DNA of 40,570 nt from Perkinsus olseni (lineage: Eukaryota). The notes below the pieces were generated by a model. It saw nothing but the letters and a program-made list of their open reading frames with translations. It made no database searches and had not been told where the DNA came from. The translations under genes were made by a program, and so were the position numbers. The stretch covers positions 1 through 40,570 of the forward strand of contig JABANN010000311.1 in the NCBI GenBank assembly GCA_013115125.1, read 5' to 3'. Below are positions 36,550 to 40,570 of the stretch, piece by piece; within the stretch, counting starts at the first letter, position 1; each line of letters begins with the position of its first letter.

Positions 36550-39500
36550 TCATCGTCTCCTGCGGCCCGGGCGTGTCCGGTCAATGATCTCAACTCGGTC
36601 TCGAGGGACGCCAACAGCTTCTACCAAGAAATGCATCACAGACTGTGCTACATTTCCTTGGACCTGACCACAACACTTTCCCTTAGTCTGCCGCCAAACG
36701 CGCGTGCTTACCATCACTGTGTTGGGTCCCAACACAGGGTCATCCCGTACCGTTGAACTCGAGGCGTTATGCTTAGCCAACGCCTTAGCGAAGTCCGACA
36801 ACTTCAAGTGGTACTTATCGACTCCCCCGATGAGCGTTTGAGTCTGAACCAAAACGCGTCAATGCATATGTCAAGCACCGAAAGACCAACCTTGTTTCCT
36901 GAGACCTTATCGGTGACCCTGATGGTGATCATAGGGGCGGGCCCGTATTTCAACAGTTCGATCAAGTCGGCCGGAGGAACGTCACCACCTAAGAGACCTG
37001 TTGCTTCCACCAATGCGCGACGCGTGCACTCACTTCCAGGTGGTACGATCGCAGTATAGAGCTCAAGGCCTTTGCTCTCGAACGCTTTGCCAATCTCCGC
37101 CTTAGAGACAGATGCGCCGGGCTGAACTCTGAAAGATGGTTGAACTGAAGGTAAGTCCGATTGCTGGTCTGCTGCTTACTTCTTGCCCCCCTTGCTGAGG
37201 GCGCTGGCGAGCCGGGCATCCACGCAAACGTCCGACCGGTTCTGAGAGGTAGCACTGGGTGTCTCCTCCGGACGAGAATCTTCAAGACCCTTAATGTACC
37301 TAGGATACGCTACTATCGGAGCTTCCAAAATGGAAGAAGGCATTTCTGCTGCCCTCAAGACGCCTCCAGAGATGATGTACTTCTGGAAGAGACCCCTGCA
37401 TTCCTTCGCGCTGAGGAAGTCGTGCTTGCCAAGTGGCGACCCCAATGAAGCCTGAACTCAACATTCTGCCCTGCCTGACAAGCCCTCGGGAAGCAGCTCA
37501 CCTCGAGCACTGGCTTCCACACTTGGTGAGGCTTGTACATGCTAACAACTCTTACTCGCAGCTCGGAGTCGATACTGGACTTCAAGCCTGAAGTACTGCG
37601 AGTAGTTTAGCCCAAAAACGATACAACTACCACTACCTTCCACAGAGGCGGCAGCAGCAGCAGCGTGCTTCACTCGAGGGGCCGACTTGGTCGCCTTAGC
37701 TGTGATAGCGTGGGCTTGGAGTTCCTCCTTGCCTTGACTGATGCTTGTTATGATCACATCACCTGCTCGACATCATATCGAAGGCTCTAGATCCACAATT
37801 GCTGATTGGAAGAGTTTGATGATGGACAGGACACCTCTCTGTCCTCACATCCGACGTGACCTATGCACACTGTAAAGCACTGATATAACTCTTTTCTTCT
37901 GCGATACTTATGTACACACGTCGCCCGCAGCAGTGATGGGTAGTTCATCCAGTCCCTCCACCAGCCCACCTCTCTTGTCCTTCATCTTCAGTATTCCTTC
38001 CTTCTCCAGTTCCTTCAGCAACTTGCCCACCTTCCGCCAGCTCGTCTTTTTGATATCAACCCGTATGTTCTCTGCATCTGTCACCTCGGGCCCGAGCTCT
38101 GCCAACCTGAAGTAACATGCCTCCCGTTTAGCCTATGATCAGTGCGATGCTACCGTGAGAGAAGGTCAGGACGCTTGCGCAAATCTGAGTAGGACTTCTG
38201 CGCATCAGAGTAGAGAACAGCAGCTTGGATCGGTAGCGATGACTTGTCTATGTTAGCCAACACCTCAATCACGGCGTATCTAAAGGTCGACCTGGTAAAC
38301 CACAGAAAAGGTCGAACCGTGACACACTTAAAATTTGAGATACGAGCCACAAACTCACCTGACCAACTCATCATATTGAGCTTGGACCATCGTCTCGCTA
38401 CCCGACGCTGCCGCCTCCTGTGCCTTCTCTGCGCCACTCTCCTCAGTACTCTGATGAAGGGGAACCCATGTGAGCCGGCAGGTAAGACTCAGAGCGGAAA
38501 TCTCACGTAAACATCTGAGACATCACAGGACCTACCTCTGGGCTGGCACTCCCTTGCACCACCTCACTCGAGGAGGTGCTACCGTCCACAGGAGACTCAT
38601 CAGATTGTTGGTTCTCTGAGGGCGGCACCAACTGACCCTTAGGACCCATCTGATGGATCTGGTCGCCGATACTGTGGAGTATCTGAAATTGGGAGGGTCA
38701 TAGAAACGCTCCCTGACCCAAAACTCCGAGCATGAACTTTCGACCGGGCTACTCGGAACCCATTCATGTAGCACCTCAACAGCCTTGCCGACGACTCCGG
38801 TAGAGGCGTTCTCAGCCACGGCCAACTGACTGCTGCTCAATAACGAACGACCTGCAACAGCAGCACCAGAGTTCAACCAGAAGGCCCCATCATATGCAGT
38901 TTCAGGAACTGATGATAAAGAGAAGATCGGCTTACCAATAGCTACAAATCGACCGCCATTATCAACTCTTACAGCACATACCGCACCCACATCGAAGGCC
39001 GCTACACTCTCGACTCTATTCTGAAATAACATCGGCATTGTACCTCGTGGACCCTGTCTAGTACACGCGATCAGGCCAGGACCACGATGAGCCATCTACG
39101 GATAAAACTAGTGCACCCTCCGGTAGTACCACTCCAGGAAGCATCAAATCCGCCCCTCGCGCCAAGTACCGCACCACCGGCTCCGATACCTGAACAGCCC
39201 GAACTCCATGCACTTGTCAACAGGTAGCTCCTTCCTACAATATATCTAACGGTCGATAAGCCCTCCGTTCGATTGAGGCCGAAAACTGTTGGGTACAGGA
39301 AACTGGACCCGTGAAGTTTGAAGAGGACAGGGACGCTGTTGTCCACGAGATAGATGATGGTCCTGCTTTCTAAGTGCAGCTCAGATACCGGCCCCGAACC
39401 CAACAGGAGCAACGTGGACGCTTCAGGATACTGTCGATGGACCTCTGTGATGAGCTGAGAGAAAGAGACAACCGTTCGACGGCAGGGAGAAGTTTGCATA

Positions 39501-39699
39501 GTAACTCGCGTGCGCGGTATGAAAATATCCATCATGATATGCTTATTTGCCAAAGACACTCTTCAACCCTAGATACCACTCCCTCGCTCGAACCGACTAA
39601 ACTTGTCCCCACTCCCACTTGTCCCCGTTGTATCACCTTCTTTTTATCCTTCCCTCCGAGCCTCGTCTCTCGGGTATGTCCCAAAGACTTGCGAAACAT
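36550..39699 (-). CDS. EIF2D: Eukaryotic translation initiation factor 2D (ligatin): PUA, SWIB and SUI1 domains
   Basis: MFRK...RLGGKDKKK, LYPTVFGL, LARGADLMLPGV, GKAVEVLH..GD, VDIKKTSWRKVGKLLK, and a SUI1-like end SGNK..TLIGGV...FAKALAKHNASSSTV...VQGN...FL...GVP. Confidence 0.9.
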
Positions 39700-40139
39700 A
39701 ATATAACAATCGGTGAATTGAAACGATTAAACAACTGCAGACACAAGATGGCCCAACTCGCTACACGAGTGAACTCGACGTCGGACAGAACTGGGCAGTG
39801 GAGCCACACCTTCGGCGCGTCGATCGGAACCGCGGGGACTCCTTCTCCCGTCTAGGACAATCCAGAATCTCCGGGCCAAACACCCCCAATTCTCGACTTC
39901 TCTTATTCGTGAACGCGGCCGTTTCAACGTCGAATGCCCTGCTCCTCACTCGGAACGCAAAAGGACTTCAACTCACACTTGAAACAAAAGTTAAAACAAT
40001 CCCCGCAAATCATACTGAGCAGTCGAGAAAAAACGTGTTAACAGAAATCATGGTGGAAGGGCCGCCCGCCATCACCACCCGGTAACGGCAGTCATGACCA
40101 CGCCTACACTTCGAGCGACGCCACTTTAACAATTACGAA

Positions 40140-40570
40140 TTAGATAGAGAATCGTCTCAGGAGGGGTTCTCGTTGGTCGGCCCACTCGAAGGACCTCGGA
40201 CGCCTCTTCCTCGGGGCGAGCTCATTCGAAGCCTCTGGCCCCCCGGCAGGCGGTGCTAGCGAGCTGAGAGTTACACCCAGCAGAATGACGAGCATGCCTA
40301 GCAACTGGGAGGGGCAGGGCAGCAGACCATCAATGGCGAAGTTGAGGCCCAAGACGATGATGGAGTTGGCAGAGACCACCACGTTAACGAGGCTGGTGTG
40401 GGGATAGGAGAGGGCTAAGTTGAGGGCGAAGAAACCAGTTACCTGGCAAGGAACGGTAACCCCCGAGTCGATCCATCGTGGCGCGACTGCCGGCAGAGTG
40501 GGAACGCCCGTCATGAGCGTAGTCCAGCTACTTGCCAACAACACCGACTGCGTTATGGACAGACCACGGA
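40140..40570 (-). CDS. C-terminal part of an EamA/DMT-superfamily membrane transporter (5' end beyond window)
   Basis: FFALNLALSYPHTSLVNVVVSANSIIVLGLNF...QLLGMLVILLGVTL, followed by a cytosolic tail with the dileucine-like EPLL. Confidence 0.65.
   Translation of the reverse strand, partial: RGLSITQSVLLASSWTTLMTGVPTLPAVAPRWIDSGVTVPCQVTGFFALNLALSYPHTSLVNVVVSANSIIVLGLNFAIDGLLPCPSQLLGMLVILLGVTLSSLAPPAGGPEASNELAPRKRRPRSFEWADQREPLLRRFSI
40474..40485 (+). promoter_or_regulatory. CATCGTGGCGCG motif variant, probably intronic and antisense to the host gene
   Basis: 10/12 match about 30 nt upstream of the minus-strand acceptor TTGCCAG|GTAACT (~40443). Confidence 0.4.

Overview
This is eukaryotic, gene-dense DNA with many short (mostly ~45-75 nt) GT-AG introns and intergenic gaps of a few hundred bp or less. 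The style suggests a Perkinsus-like alveolate protist (inference). The six-frame ORF track fragments nearly every gene, so exons were joined by eye and boundaries are approximate. Recognisable genes: a very large signal-peptide plus multi-EF-hand protein (runs off the left edge), proteasome lid subunit RPN12, a PPPDE/DeSI peptidase, MON2, a Trp/Gly/Gln-rich SPOC-domain protein, mitochondrial HSP70, an IAH1-like SGNH esterase, a DUF4079/cytochrome-b561-like four-His membrane protein, an intronless DUF1853-like plus DEDDy (MUT-7/EXD3/WRN-type) exonuclease fusion, eIF2D/ligatin and the 3' end of an EamA/DMT transporter, plus several hypotheticals. The strongest non-coding signal is the 12-mer TTTCGTGGCGCG, with 5 exact and 4 near copies. 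It lies in both orientations, almost always inside tiny introns of unrelated genes. No tRNA, rRNA, CRISPR or transposase was seen.
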